Position numbers and translations under genes: made by a program. Below, piece after piece: positions 26,571 to 36,664 of a stretch of 64,000 nucleotides of DNA. Origin of the DNA: an uncultured Candidatus Saccharibacteria bacterium (lineage in GTDB: Bacteria; Patescibacteriota; Doudnabacteria; UBA920); assembly GCA_964474825.1 (NCBI GenBank), contig CAYYWQ010000001.1, positions 964,048 through 1,028,047 on the forward strand. The letters run 5' to 3'. Positions within the stretch are counted from its first letter, which is position 1. Each line of letters starts with the position of its first letter. The notes beneath the pieces are model-generated. The model had not been told where the DNA came from. It was given only the letters and a program-made list of their open reading frames with translations, and did no database searches.

Positions 26571-27509
26571 GTGGCTGAGGAAACTACTCCGAAAAAGATA
26601 GGCTCCGGCTTAGCCGGAGAGGTTGGAAAGAAAAAACCGGTAGGTTTTGTCTTTCCAAAAATCTCTATGTATTATTACATTTTCGACCAAGGGAATTTAC
26701 CTTTGGAAAAATACGAAAAATTACAAACCCAGATGCTCGGGCTCCTGGCGGAATTTAAAATTGCCGGCGAAACCGCAAGGGTAACGCCGCTGCGCAGTAT
26801 TGCGGACTTAGTGGACACAGCCAGTCAGCGCGGAACAAAAACTTTAGTTGCCTGCGGCAACGACGACACGTTTAATTTAATGCTTGCCGCTTTAAAAGGC
26901 CGTGATTTTACTCTAGGCTTCATTCCCTTTGAAGAAGATTCCATTTTAGCCAGAATTTTAGGGGTGCCGGATTTGTATAGCGGTGTTAAGACCCTGGCTG
27001 GCCGCCGGTTGGAAAAAATAGACCTGGCGCGCATTGCCGGCAGTTATTTTATTAGCTTTCTTGAGTTTGGCGTTATGAGCCACCGCCTAGGGAGTGCCGG
27101 ACTTTTTCAAAGCATAAAACTCCTGTCCAGCGAATCTAAATCTTTCACCATTCGAGTTGACGATTCCTATACAGTTAATTTAAGCGGACTTGGAGGATTG
27201 GTTGCCAACATCCGTTCCAATTCCGGTAAAGACCAAAAAATTGCCAGCCCAACAGACGGCAATTTAGATTTACTTATGCTGGAAAAACTAACCAAAATGC
27301 AGGTCTTGGGCTTTCGCGGCGCAATTATAGACGGTCTTTTAGAAAAAGTTCCCAACACCACTGTAATTAAATGTAAAAAAATAGAATTTTTGGAACCGCG
27401 CGGCTTCCCGCTAACAATGCTAGGACGGATAGTTGCCAAGTTTCCGGCCACAGTGGAAATAATTCCGCAGCGGCTTAAAATGATAGTAGGAAAAAACAGG
27501 ACATTTTAA
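26571..27509 (+). CDS. Diacylglycerol/lipid kinase catalytic-domain protein (DAGK_cat/YegS-like)
   Basis: LVACGNDDTFNLMLAAL (GGDGT-like) motif with flanking DAGK_cat-like regions. The true start may be the internal MYYYIF. Confidence 0.6.
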   Translation: MAEETTPKKIGSGLAGEVGKKKPVGFVFPKISMYYYIFDQGNLPLEKYEKLQTQMLGLLAEFKIAGETARVTPLRSIADLVDTASQRGTKTLVACGNDDTFNLMLAALKGRDFTLGFIPFEEDSILARILGVPDLYSGVKTLAGRRLEKIDLARIAGSYFISFLEFGVMSHRLGSAGLFQSIKLLSSESKSFTIRVDDSYTVNLSGLGGLVANIRSNSGKDQKIASPTDGNLDLLMLEKLTKMQVLGFRGAIIDGLLEKVPNTTVIKCKKIEFLEPRGFPLTMLGRIVAKFPATVEIIPQRLKMIVGKNRTF

Positions 27510-27520
27510 ATTGATGATAT

Positions 27521-27554
27521 AAAAAAACCATCGCCGAAAGGTGATGGTTTTTTT
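27521..27554. terminator. Bidirectional hairpin terminator
   Basis: AAAAAAACCATCGCC-GAAA-GGTGATGGTTTTTTT. Confidence 0.6.
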
Positions 27555-27563
27555 ATAGACTGC

Positions 27564-27800
27564 TTAATGTATTGGTGGGCCGTCCGGGGCATTTCGGCCG
27601 TCTGTTACTACAAAACTCACGCAATCGCCCTGGTTCTTAAACATATCACCATAGTTGCGCCAGCCATTTTTTTTGCACTGGTCAACACTAGTGGGCTCAG
27701 TTGGAGCAGGGGGCGGGGTAAAGGCAGCCAAGGCTGTACCGGCAGCAACAAAGAAAGCCGCGGCAGCTAAAGCAGAAGAATAAATAATTTGTTTTTTCAT
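27564..27800 (-). CDS. Small secreted protein
   Basis: Signal peptide MKKQIIYSSALAAAAFFVAAGTALA, a short mature region with 2 Cys, and a terminator downstream. Confidence 0.5.
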   Translation of the reverse strand: MKKQIIYSSALAAAAFFVAAGTALAAFTPPPAPTEPTSVDQCKKNGWRNYGDMFKNQGDCVSFVVTDGRNAPDGPPIH

Positions 27801-27858
27801 TTTGTTTCTTTCTTAATATTTTAAAGCGACCTTTAAACCATTATACCATACAAAATTA

Positions 27859-29001
27859 TTACTCAAAAAAATTCTGAATAAGTCCGTTTTTAACAATTTG
27901 CGGCGTGTAACCGCCCTCCCTGTCGCCTGCAGAGTTAACGGTAATACTGCCCGAAGCACCCGGCCAATTTTTTATTGTTCTAGACCAAGCGGCTAATTTT
28001 TCCCCGTTATAGCCAACCTGCTGTATGCCAAATTTTAATAAATAAATGGAGTCGTATTCCGTATGCCCATAACTTTGGTAAGCTAATTCCACTCCATATT
28101 TTTGTTTGTAGTCTTCGAGCAGGTGTTTAGATTTTGGATTGGTTAAATCTAAGACAAACTGCGAGCCTAAGGATCCTTCCAAAAAATCTTTATGGTCTTG
28201 CAAAAACTTTTGATCACCAGCTTCTGTTTCGGTAATAAATAATTGCGGCTTCCAGGCAAGTTCCTCAACCTGCTTAATTATTCTTTCCCCGGCCGGGGGA
28301 GCCTGCGGGTCTATAAATAGAACATCGGGGTTCTGGTTCTTAAGCTTTATTAGCTGTGACCTAAAATCAGTTGAATCAACCGGAAACTCTTCTTTTATAA
28401 CCTCCCCTCCCAAAGCTTCAAAACGTTTTTTAAACGCGCCGTAAATCCCTAAAGGGTAATCTTTTTGCTCCACTATAAAAGCCACTTTGCGGAATCCTTT
28501 CCTGTAAGCGATTTCGGCATCAACCTGTCCCTGACTGTCGTCGCTTGCTACGTTGCGGAAAAAATACGGGCTTATGCCGGTCAACTCCGGACTGGTTGCC
28601 CCGGGCGAAAAAAATAAAACTTTATTTTGCTGCGCAATAGTCACGACTGGAATAGTCACACTGCTGCACAAACTGCCAAGCAGTATTTGCACTTTGTCTA
28701 CATTAATTAATTTTTGCGCGGCACTCGCCCCGTCCTTTCCGCTGCATTTATCGTCTTCAATTATTAATTCCAGTTTTTTGCCGTTTACCCCTCCTTGGCT
28801 GTTTATTTCTTCCACCGCCAGCTGGTAAACATTTTTTGCCGGCTCGCCGTAAATTGCCGCGTCACCGCTAAGAGGCAACAGCACACCAATTTTATAAATT
28901 GTGTCTTGGCTAGTCTGGTATGGTTTAGTTTTAGCTGATATTAGCCAAACCACCAAAACCAAGACAATAAAAATTGCCGTCACCTTCACTTGTTTATTCA
29001 T
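27859..29001 (-). CDS. ABC transporter substrate-binding protein, branched-chain amino acid (LivJ/LivK, Peripla_BP_6) family
   Basis: Signal/TM segment followed by IGVLLPLSGDAAIYGEPAKNVYQLAVEEINSQGGVNGKKLELIIEDDKC. No adjacent permease or ATPase gene. Confidence 0.85.
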   Translation of the reverse strand: MNKQVKVTAIFIVLVLVVWLISAKTKPYQTSQDTIYKIGVLLPLSGDAAIYGEPAKNVYQLAVEEINSQGGVNGKKLELIIEDDKCSGKDGASAAQKLINVDKVQILLGSLCSSVTIPVVTIAQQNKVLFFSPGATSPELTGISPYFFRNVASDDSQGQVDAEIAYRKGFRKVAFIVEQKDYPLGIYGAFKKRFEALGGEVIKEEFPVDSTDFRSQLIKLKNQNPDVLFIDPQAPPAGERIIKQVEELAWKPQLFITETEAGDQKFLQDHKDFLEGSLGSQFVLDLTNPKSKHLLEDYKQKYGVELAYQSYGHTEYDSIYLLKFGIQQVGYNGEKLAAWSRTIKNWPGASGSITVNSAGDREGGYTPQIVKNGLIQNFFE

Positions 29002-29118
29002 AGCATGTTCTTAATAATTAGTGTCATTGAATTTTACATTCAATAACATAACATTATAATAGCTTGATTTATATAGTCAATAATGTATACTAAAAGTGTC
29101 AGCCATAACAACACTTTT

Positions 29119-29856
29119 ATGATACCTATAAATTCGCTAACAAATTTAGGCCTTTCTGCTGTGGAATCTAAATTATATTTAGCGGCTCTTGAGCTAGGAC
29201 AAAGCCTGCCAAAACATTTAGCCGAAAAGGCCGCCATAAAACGACCGACACTTTATGAATTTTTACCTAAGTTATTAGAACAAGGACTGTTAAGCGAAAC
29301 AGTAATTGGCAAACGCAGATATTTAGTGGCGGAAGACCCTGAGGTGTTTTTAGATAAAAAACATTCTGACCTTGCCCAAATAGAGCTACTGGTACCTCAA
29401 CTTAGACTATTGCTGGCTACAGCATCGGTTAAGCCAAAAATAATTTTTTATGAAGGCGTCGAGGGGCTAAAAAAAATTTACCAAGACAATTTGCGGGAAA
29501 ATGAGCCCACCCTGGAATTAGTAGGCATAGACAAAATCCAGCCCGAAATAGAAACCTACATTAACCGTTATTATATTCCGAGCCGCGTAAAAAAACGCAT
29601 TGCTTTAAAAATGCTAATTAGCGGTTCAGAAAAAAATGATTCGTGGAATTACAAAACTGATCCTTATATGCTCCGCGAAACTAAGACAATTTCCAATAAA
29701 TTTTTTCCCATACCAATGGATTGCAATATTTACGGCGACACAGTGGCCTTAGCCGTCTACCGCAGCGACAGCGAACCGATTGGGCTAATAATAAGATCTA
29801 AAGAGATAGCCACAACCATGCGATCACTGTTTAATTTCATTTGGGAAAAGGCCTAA
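29119..29856 (+). CDS. TrmB-family transcriptional regulator (paralog 0)
   Basis: N-terminal winged HTH (ESKLYLAALELGQSLPKHLAEKAAIKRPTLYEFLPKLLEQGLL) plus a TrmB C-terminal domain. Homologous to the ORFs at 52844, 55298 and 58661. Sigma70-like promoter (TTGATT-16-TATACT) upstream. Confidence 0.7.
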   Translation: MIPINSLTNLGLSAVESKLYLAALELGQSLPKHLAEKAAIKRPTLYEFLPKLLEQGLLSETVIGKRRYLVAEDPEVFLDKKHSDLAQIELLVPQLRLLLATASVKPKIIFYEGVEGLKKIYQDNLRENEPTLELVGIDKIQPEIETYINRYYIPSRVKKRIALKMLISGSEKNDSWNYKTDPYMLRETKTISNKFFPIPMDCNIYGDTVALAVYRSDSEPIGLIIRSKEIATTMRSLFNFIWEKA

Positions 29857-31859
29857 AACCGCTTGATTTTATTGAAATTTGCGAGTATAATCAATTAGTT
29901 ATGAATTTGTCCTCACTGTCGTCCCAATTAAATATTTCCATTCAAGATCTTCGCACAAAAGCAAAAGAGAAGGGTTTTTTTATTTCGCCCAAGGCAAATA
30001 AAATAGACAACTACATGGCCAACAAGATTATGGAATCTTTAAGGCCTAAACCCGCGGCATCTCTTTCAACTGAACCTAAAGAAAAGAAAAAAATTCTTTT
30101 ACCCGGCTTTATTAAAGTCCGTGACTTTGCGGACTTATTAAAACTTCCTATTACGGACGTAATTAAAAATTTAATTAAAAACGGTGTAATGGCCACCATT
30201 AATGAAGAGGTGGATTTTGACACCGCGAGCATTGTGGCACAGGACTTAGGCTTTGAAGTTTCCACGGAAGCGGACAAAACCCAAAAAGAATTTGGTTTGG
30301 GTTTTTTGCAGGAAATTTTAGCGGCTGAAACAGAAGTCAACTTAAAACCGCGCAACCCAATAGTTACAATTATGGGTCACGTAGACCATGGTAAAACAAC
30401 ACTGCTCGACACCATTCGCAAAACCAAAGTGGCAGAAGGGGAAAGCGGCGGCATTACCCAGCACATTGGAGCTTACCGCGTAAAGAAAAACGACAAATGG
30501 ATTACTTTTTTGGACACCCCGGGCCACGAAGCCTTTTCTGAAATGCGCGCCAGAGGCGCGAATGTTACTGATTTGATCGTACTCGTTGTAGCCGCGGACG
30601 ACGGGGTCCGCCCACAGACTTTAGAAGTCATAAACCGCGCCAAGTTTACGGAAACGCCAATGATTGTGGCCATTAACAAAGTAGACAAGCCCGAAGCCAA
30701 TGTTATAAAAGTAAAGCAGGAATTGGCCGGAGTTGGGGTTCTTACAGAAGAGTGGGGCGGCAAAACTATAGCTTGCGAAATTAGCGCCAAGCAAGGTTTG
30801 GGCATAGACAATCTTTTGGAAATGATTTTGCTCACCGCGGAATTGGAAAACTTACGGGCTAACCCAAACGGCCAAGCTGTTGGTACGGTTATTGAATCTA
30901 AAATGACTCAAGGAAAAGGCGCCACCGCTACGGTAATTGTTCAAAACGGAACTCTAAAAATTGGCGACATTGTTGCAGCCGGAATTGCCTTTGGCCGCGT
31001 CCGCAGTTTAGACGACGAAAAAGGCCGCAAGCTAAAAGACGCAGGCCCTTCCACCCCGGTACAAATTTCGGGTTTGTCAGAAACTCCAAAAGCCGGAGAC
31101 ATTTTACAGGTTACGGAAACCTTGGACGAAGCAAGGCACATTGCCATGTCGGCTAAGAAAAAAGAACACTCCCACCGCTTTGCTCGTCACGGGTTGCAAG
31201 GGGATTTAACTACCAAGAGCTTAAACTTAATTTTAAAAGCAGACGTTGCCGGGTCTTTAGAAGCTATTAAGCAAAGCATTGCCAAACTAAAGAACGACGA
31301 AGTTAAAATCAACATTCTCTCTGAGGGCGTAGGGGAAATTACTGAGTCAGACGTCTTATTGGCCAGCAGTTCCAAAGCCACGGTTATAGGCTTCCGCGTT
31401 AAGACCAATTCCAAAGTGGAAAGTCTGTCCAAACAAAGCAACGTTGTCATAGACACTTATGACGTTATTTACGAACTTTTGGAAGATGTGACTACCGCGG
31501 TTATAAAAATGTTCACTCCGGAAACAGAAAAAATTGCCTTTGGTACAGCCAAAGTCTTGGCCATTTTCCGTACTGAAAAAGGCGTAATGATAGTAGGGGG
31601 CAAAGTTATAAACGGCGAACTAAAAAAGAACAGCCACATTGCCATTTTGCGCCACACACCTGTTGAAGGACAAGAAGGCAAGGGCGACTTAAAAGAACTA
31701 GGCAGGGCTGATATTATGGAACTTCAGCAAACCAAAGTAATGGCCAAAACGGTTCAGCAAAACGAAGAATTTGGAATTAAACTAAAAACCTCTGTCAAAA
31801 TTCTAGAAGGTGATATTCTGGAAAGTTTTGAAGAAAAAATTAAGATCAAGACACTCTAA
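29841..31859 (+). CDS. infB: Translation initiation factor IF-2
   Basis: [13 protein letters not shown]1 motif, [13 protein letters not shown], and IF-2 C-terminal domains. Confidence 0.95.
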   Translation: MGKGLKPLDFIEICEYNQLVMNLSSLSSQLNISIQDLRTKAKEKGFFISPKANKIDNYMANKIMESLRPKPAASLSTEPKEKKKILLPGFIKVRDFADLLKLPITDVIKNLIKNGVMATINEEVDFDTASIVAQDLGFEVSTEADKTQKEFGLGFLQEILAAETEVNLKPRNPIVTIMGHVDHGKTTLLDTIRKTKVAEGESGGITQHIGAYRVKKNDKWITFLDTPGHEAFSEMRARGANVTDLIVLVVAADDGVRPQTLEVINRAKFTETPMIVAINKVDKPEANVIKVKQELAGVGVLTEEWGGKTIACEISAKQGLGIDNLLEMILLTAELENLRANPNGQAVGTVIESKMTQGKGATATVIVQNGTLKIGDIVAAGIAFGRVRSLDDEKGRKLKDAGPSTPVQISGLSETPKAGDILQVTETLDEARHIAMSAKKKEHSHRFARHGLQGDLTTKSLNLILKADVAGSLEAIKQSIAKLKNDEVKINILSEGVGEITESDVLLASSSKATVIGFRVKTNSKVESLSKQSNVVIDTYDVIYELLEDVTTAVIKMFTPETEKIAFGTAKVLAIFRTEKGVMIVGGKVINGELKKNSHIAILRHTPVEGQEGKGDLKELGRADIMELQQTKVMAKTVQQNEEFGIKLKTSVKILEGDILESFEEKIKIKTL

Positions 31860-31868
31860 ATCGCACAT

Positions 31869-31897
31869 AAAAGAACGGGCTTAAGCCCGTTCTTTTA
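31869..31897 (+). terminator. Hairpin terminator after infB
   Basis: AAAAGAACGGGCTTAAGCCCGTTCTTTTAA. Confidence 0.6.
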
Positions 31898-31975
31898 ATT
31901 GTTAAACGCACTCTTGCCGAAAGCTTAAAAATCGGGTATACTATTTAGCTGTTATAATATATGAATTGAACATAT

Positions 31976-32036
31976 ATTAAGACTCCTTAGACTCACTTAC
32001 CCGCAAGCGGGATAGACTCGCCTACGTCGCTAATAA
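31976..32036. repeat. Conserved ~62-nt element (copy 1 of 2; see 62398..62460)
   Basis: ATTAAGACTCCTTAGACTCACTTACCCGCAAGCGGGATAGACTCGCCTACGTCGCTAATAA. About 93% identical to the reverse complement of 62398..62460. Both copies are also preceded by TTGAAC-N4. Confidence 0.6.
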
Positions 32037-32047
32037 AACAAGCCATT

Positions 32048-32407
32048 ATGAAACCAGTAAAAAAAGACACGAACAGAATAGCGAAGGTTAACTCCTTAAT
32101 TCAGCTGGAATTAGGGAAAATTTTGCATGAATTTTTATACGAAGAAAAAGGTATTACCACTATTTCCAAAGTAGAAACCAGCAAAGACATGAAGTGGGCT
32201 AAAATTTGGATTTCTATTTTTAACGGCGACGACAATAAAATTTTGGCTTTGTTGAGCAAAAATATTTATTACGTACAAGGGGAAATGAACAAGCACTTTG
32301 CCACAAAAATTATCCCCCGCATTTCCTTCCACTTAGACACCAGTCCCCGTTATGTGGAGCACATAGAGGAAGTACTTAGGAAGATACACGAGGAAGACGA
32401 AAAATAG
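32048..32407 (+). CDS. rbfA: Ribosome-binding factor A
   Basis: About 119 aa, RbfA-like N-terminus (RIAKVNSLIQLELGKIL), and conserved placement after infB. Confidence 0.85.
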   Translation: MKPVKKDTNRIAKVNSLIQLELGKILHEFLYEEKGITTISKVETSKDMKWAKIWISIFNGDDNKILALLSKNIYYVQGEMNKHFATKIIPRISFHLDTSPRYVEHIEEVLRKIHEEDEK

Positions 32408-32410
32408 ATT

Positions 32411-33361
32411 ATGAAAGATGCATTTACAAAAGCAAAACAACTTATTGATTCCGCCGAACGCATTCTCCTTACCATGCACGAACGCATGGATGGGGACGAT
32501 GGCGGGAGTGTTTTGGCTTTGGCACTGCACTTAGAAAAACAGGGTAAAAATATTACTCTGGCAATTAAAAAAGGCGTACCGCCGAGTTTAAAATTTTTAC
32601 CAGGCAGTGAAAAAATTGCGGATGATATTGATCATGCAGATTTTGACCTTTTGATAACATGCGGCTGCTCCACCAAAGACAGAAGCGGCAGTGAAAATAT
32701 AATCAACCTAAAAATCCCAACCATTAACTTTGACCATCATCCGGACAACACTTTGTTTGGGGATGTAAATGTTGTAGATTCTGCCAAATCTTCTGTGGCG
32801 GAATTAGTTTACGACTTTTTTGTTTTCCATAACTGGACCATTACCCACGAAGTCGCCACTTGCTTGCTGACCGGAATAATTACAGACACAGGCGGTTTTA
32901 TGCATAGCAATACCCAAAGCAGTACGCTTAAAGCCGCGGCAACATTACTTAAAAAGGGCGCGCAGACTGCAAAAATTATTCGCCATACTTTTAAAGGCAA
33001 GAACGCCAACATTCTAAAAGCTTGGGGCAAAGCCATGGAAAATTCTTTTTACGATGCCAAGCATAAAATTATTTATGGCATTATGACTCAAAAAGATTTA
33101 GCCGAACTTGGAGAACTTCCTCAAGCCGCGTTTGAAGGCTTCGCGGAAACGCTAAATACTTTCCCAGGCGCCCGCTTTGCCATGTTTTTGCGCCAAGACG
33201 GGGACATTATTAAGGGCAGCCTGCGTAGCGACCCTTACAAAAAAACCGACGTTTCCGAAATTGCCAAAATCTTTGGCGGCGGCGGACACAAAATGGCCGC
33301 AGGATTTTCTTTAGCAGGGAAGCTAATGAGGGACGAACAAGGTAAATGGCGCGTTGTCTAA
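32411..33361 (+). CDS. nrnA: DHH-family phosphoesterase NrnA (oligoribonuclease/pAp phosphatase)
   Basis: DHH motif (FDHHPDN), a DHHA1 domain with GGGGHKMAAGFS, and a position downstream of rbfA. Confidence 0.8.
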   Translation: MKDAFTKAKQLIDSAERILLTMHERMDGDDGGSVLALALHLEKQGKNITLAIKKGVPPSLKFLPGSEKIADDIDHADFDLLITCGCSTKDRSGSENIINLKIPTINFDHHPDNTLFGDVNVVDSAKSSVAELVYDFFVFHNWTITHEVATCLLTGIITDTGGFMHSNTQSSTLKAAATLLKKGAQTAKIIRHTFKGKNANILKAWGKAMENSFYDAKHKIIYGIMTQKDLAELGELPQAAFEGFAETLNTFPGARFAMFLRQDGDIIKGSLRSDPYKKTDVSEIAKIFGGGGHKMAAGFSLAGKLMRDEQGKWRVV

Positions 33362-33462
33362 CAACGCCTCTACTAAATACTAAAACCACTAAAAGTACTA
33401 AATTTAAAACCCGGCAAAACCGGGTTTTAGTATTTTTAGTTTATTTCGTATTTAGCAAAGAT
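33362..33462. repeat. Heptamer-tandem (ACTAAAT units) palindromic terminator-like element
   Basis: CTACTAAATACTAAAACCACTAAAAGTACTAAATTT - AAAACCCGGCAAAACCGGGTTTT - AGTATTTTTAGTTTATTTCGTATTTAG. Confidence 0.5.
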
Positions 33463-33473
33463 TGTCTGCAGCC

Positions 33474-34052
33474 TTATTTATTCTTTTCTCTAATAACTTT
33501 CATACCCTCGGCTGCCGCGGACAAACTTTTAATTAAACCGTCGATCTTTTTTAAATAGGAATCGTCTATTAATTTACCCTGTTCGTCAAACGCTTTGGCA
33601 ATAGGCCCAAAAATTACATTTTCGCGAATATCAAAAGCGTTAAAAGCTCCAATAACGTTGCGTAGCTGGACAATGGCGCGACTGCCCCCGACTTGACCGG
33701 TGGAAACCCCAACAAAAGCAAAAGCCTTATGTTTAAATTCTGGCCATAGCCAGTCCAGAGCATTTTTTAAAACCGCGGAGTAACCATAATTATATTCCGG
33801 GACCACCAAAACAAAAGCGTCGGCCGCGTCCGCTATATTGCTCCATTTTTGCACGTTTGGATCAGGATAAACTTTTTTATAATCGCTCGGTTCTTTAGGG
33901 CAGTTAACAAAGGGCAGCGGTAATTCTATAAAATCTACCAATTGGGACTTATGCCCAGCCTCCACTAATTTTTGCACAATTAACTTAGCAGGGGCCTCAC
34001 TCCTCCTGCCTTCGCGCACACTACCTAGAATTACAGGGATATTCAATGGCAT
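33474..34052 (-). CDS. NADPH-dependent FMN reductase family flavoprotein
   Basis: Flavodoxin-like IPVILGSVREGRRSEAPAK...FVLVVPEYNYGYSAVLKNALDWL. Start set at MPLNIPV (34052), because the longer ORF-track version would overlap tRNA-Leu. Confidence 0.75.
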   Translation of the reverse strand: MPLNIPVILGSVREGRRSEAPAKLIVQKLVEAGHKSQLVDFIELPLPFVNCPKEPSDYKKVYPDPNVQKWSNIADAADAFVLVVPEYNYGYSAVLKNALDWLWPEFKHKAFAFVGVSTGQVGGSRAIVQLRNVIGAFNAFDIRENVIFGPIAKAFDEQGKLIDDSYLKKIDGLIKSLSAAAEGMKVIREKNK

Positions 34053-34113
34053 TTTTTTCCTTTCTAAGGCTAGATTTAATCCTAGATATATATTATAATA
34101 AGCAAGCAAATTT

Positions 34114-34200
34114 GCCCAGGTGGCGGAATTGGTATACGCACTACCTTGAGGTGGTAGCGGGAGCAATCCCGTGCAGGTTCGAGTCCTGTCCTGGGCACCA
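34114..34200 (+). tRNA. tRNA-Leu(GAG)
   Basis: Acceptor GCCCAGG/CCTGGGC, anticodon loop TTGAGGT, long variable arm, and CCA. Hairpin terminator follows at 34203..34232. Confidence 0.8.
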
Positions 34201-34225
34201 ACAAAAAAAGCCGATAAGGCTTTTT

Positions 34226-35305
34226 TTATTTTGTCTCTACCCCTACCGCTTCACTAATATTTTTAAACCCGTCGCGTTTTAGAAGCTCCACTAAACCTTT
34301 GTTTATTTTCTTTACGAGCCCCGGGCCTTCGTAAATCAGGCCTGTATAAATTTGGACTAGACTAGCTCCGGCTTTTATTTTTTCATAGGCATCTTCAGCG
34401 CTAAAAATGCCTCCTACTCCTATTATTGGCATACTTGGATGCTTCTGGTGAATGTGTTTAATAATAGCCGTAGACATTTCTTTTACCGGCTTTCCGGAAA
34501 GCCCTCCGATTTCTTTAGTTTCTGTCTTAAGACCAACCCGGCCAACTGTTGTGTTAGTTGCAATAACACCATTAATTTCATACTGCTTACAAACCGGCAC
34601 AAGTTCCTCGATGGCCTCAAAAGACAAATCCGGCGCAATTTTTACTAAAATTGGCTTGGCTATTTTTTGCTCGGAGCGATATTTTGTAAGTCCTGACAAA
34701 ATATCTATTAAAAAATTTTTATCCTGTAACTCACGAAGGCCAGGGGTGTTGGGAGAGCTTACATTTACAACAAAATAATCTCCATATTCATAAAGCCTGG
34801 TAAAAGAATATAAATAATCTTCCGCGGCTTTATTTAATTCAGTAATCTTAGACTTGCCCAAATTAACCCCGATGGGCGCTTTAGTTAAGTAAAGCGATGT
34901 CTGAGACAACTGTTTACTCATAGCATCTGCGCCATGATTATTAAAACCCATTCGGTTTATTAATGCTTCATCATCAACCAAACGAAAAATACGCTGGCGC
35001 GGATTGCCAGGCTGAGCGAGTTGGGTAACAGTTCCTACTTCCAAAAACCCAAAACCCAAATTAGCAAAACCCTGCAGTGCTTCGGCTTGCTTGTCAAAAC
35101 CGCCGGCAAGCCCCACAGGATTTTTAAATTCCAAACCAAAAATATTTTGCTTCAATCTTTCATCCTGAAAATCAAAAATCAACCTCTCTATCCAGGAAAA
35201 TATAGGGAAATTACCCACCATATGCAAAAGCTTCATCATGACCCCATGCATTGTTTCCGGGTCAGACGAAGCCTTAAAAATTAACGGGCGGATTAGTTTA
35301 TACAT
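34226..35305 (-). CDS. pyrD: Dihydroorotate dehydrogenase (quinone), class 2
   Basis: N-terminal membrane-association helix plus a TIM-barrel DHODH core (GLEFKNPVGLAGGFDK, GFGFLEVGTVT). Confidence 0.9.
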   Translation of the reverse strand: MYKLIRPLIFKASSDPETMHGVMMKLLHMVGNFPIFSWIERLIFDFQDERLKQNIFGLEFKNPVGLAGGFDKQAEALQGFANLGFGFLEVGTVTQLAQPGNPRQRIFRLVDDEALINRMGFNNHGADAMSKQLSQTSLYLTKAPIGVNLGKSKITELNKAAEDYLYSFTRLYEYGDYFVVNVSSPNTPGLRELQDKNFLIDILSGLTKYRSEQKIAKPILVKIAPDLSFEAIEELVPVCKQYEINGVIATNTTVGRVGLKTETKEIGGLSGKPVKEMSTAIIKHIHQKHPSMPIIGVGGIFSAEDAYEKIKAGASLVQIYTGLIYEGPGLVKKINKGLVELLKRDGFKNISEAVGVETK

Positions 35306-35999
35306 TCAAAGCTAATTTTAATTCATGTTCTAATTTATTTAAAGCCACTGCAACATCTGCTGCCTGCGTAAGCTGCCGCCCCATAACCAAGTAACTTGCT
35401 CCGGCCTTTAAGGCATTAAAAGGCGTATCAAAACGCTTTTGGTCGTTAACATCAACTCCGGCTGAACGAATTCCCGGAATAACTAATTCTAATTCGTTAA
35501 AGTCCGGATTTGAACGCACCAATTCCAATTCTTTTGGCGAACAAACCAGACCGTTAATCCCAGATTGTTTAATAAGAGGGGTTAAGCGGCCAACCAATTC
35601 CTTGGCATCAGCGGATTGATAAATATCTTTAATTGCCTGATCCGTTAAAGAAGTCAGTGCCGTAATTCCCAAAACTTTACCCGAACCAAACCCTTCTTTG
35701 GCGGCCGAGAGCATTTCCACCCCACCTGAAGCGTGAACACTTAAAATCTCACAACCCGAATTCGCAATCGCTTTTGCCCGAAGCCTTACTGTGTTAGGAA
35801 TATCATGCAGCTTAGCATCTACCCAAACCTTGCTGGCGCCAGCTTTTTTTAATTCACTAACAATTCCGGGCCCATACAAATCATATAGGCTGTGAATTTT
35901 TACGCAGTAGACCCGGCTTCCTACTTTACCAACAAAATCCAGCAATTCTTCCCTGCCAAATTCGTCCGTAGCTAAAATAATTTTTTGTTCTGTGTACAT
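35298..35999 (-). CDS. pyrF: Orotidine 5'-phosphate decarboxylase
   Basis: DAKLHDIPNTV motif within an OMPdecase fold. Confidence 0.85.
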   Translation of the reverse strand: MYTEQKIILATDEFGREELLDFVGKVGSRVYCVKIHSLYDLYGPGIVSELKKAGASKVWVDAKLHDIPNTVRLRAKAIANSGCEILSVHASGGVEMLSAAKEGFGSGKVLGITALTSLTDQAIKDIYQSADAKELVGRLTPLIKQSGINGLVCSPKELELVRSNPDFNELELVIPGIRSAGVDVNDQKRFDTPFNALKAGASYLVMGRQLTQAADVAVALNKLEHELKLALNV

Positions 36000-36005
36000 A
36001 TTTTA

Positions 36006-36647
36006 TTAGATTTTGCCCTGTTTAGATTCCAAATATTTTTTGCCGTGGCCGACTTTAGTGTTTATGGGCAGGCCGGCTTTACACATTGGGCAGTCTTTTT
36101 CTTCAAAAGTTTCCGCCGGGATTTCACACAAAGCTGAAAAGGGGACGCCAAGAGTTTCGCTATTTATATCTTTCGGAACCCGGTTAACCAGAACTCCCAT
36201 GGCCTGGATTTGGGTTTCAAACTTCTTTGCAACATCTATCATTTTATTCACCGAAAGCCCTGTGGCAACCGTGTCTTCTATAATTAAAACTTTTTTGCCT
36301 TTAACCAGCTCGTCATAGCCGCGCTTAAATACTAACGGACCTTCGTCTGTTTTGTCGGCATAAGCTGCCAAAACTTCCTTGCCCTGGATTTCACTTAAGT
36401 GCCTGGCCACTTCATGGCCTAAAATGGCTCCAGCCACCACCGGGGAAACAACTATATCTACTTCTAGATCTTTATGCTTTTCAGCCAATAAATAACAAAT
36501 ACGCGAGGTCGCGGCCGTATGGGGCAGTAAATAGTCTTTGTTTATATATATAGACATATGCCGGCCCGAAGTGCCCACAATATGACTGTCTGTAATAACC
36601 GCGCCGGTCTTTTTTAAAATGTCCAAAACTTCCTCTTCTACGTTCAT
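36006..36647 (-). CDS. pyrE: Orotate phosphoribosyltransferase-like type I PRTase with C-terminal CxxC zinc-ribbon-like tail
   Basis: PRPP-binding motif KVLIIEDTVATGLS. Lies in a pyrD-pyrF-pyrE-prs gene string. C-terminus CPMCKAG. Confidence 0.7.
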   Translation of the reverse strand: MNVEEEVLDILKKTGAVITDSHIVGTSGRHMSIYINKDYLLPHTAATSRICYLLAEKHKDLEVDIVVSPVVAGAILGHEVARHLSEIQGKEVLAAYADKTDEGPLVFKRGYDELVKGKKVLIIEDTVATGLSVNKMIDVAKKFETQIQAMGVLVNRVPKDINSETLGVPFSALCEIPAETFEEKDCPMCKAGLPINTKVGHGKKYLESKQGKI

Positions 36648-36664
36648 AAAATAAAGTTAATTTT

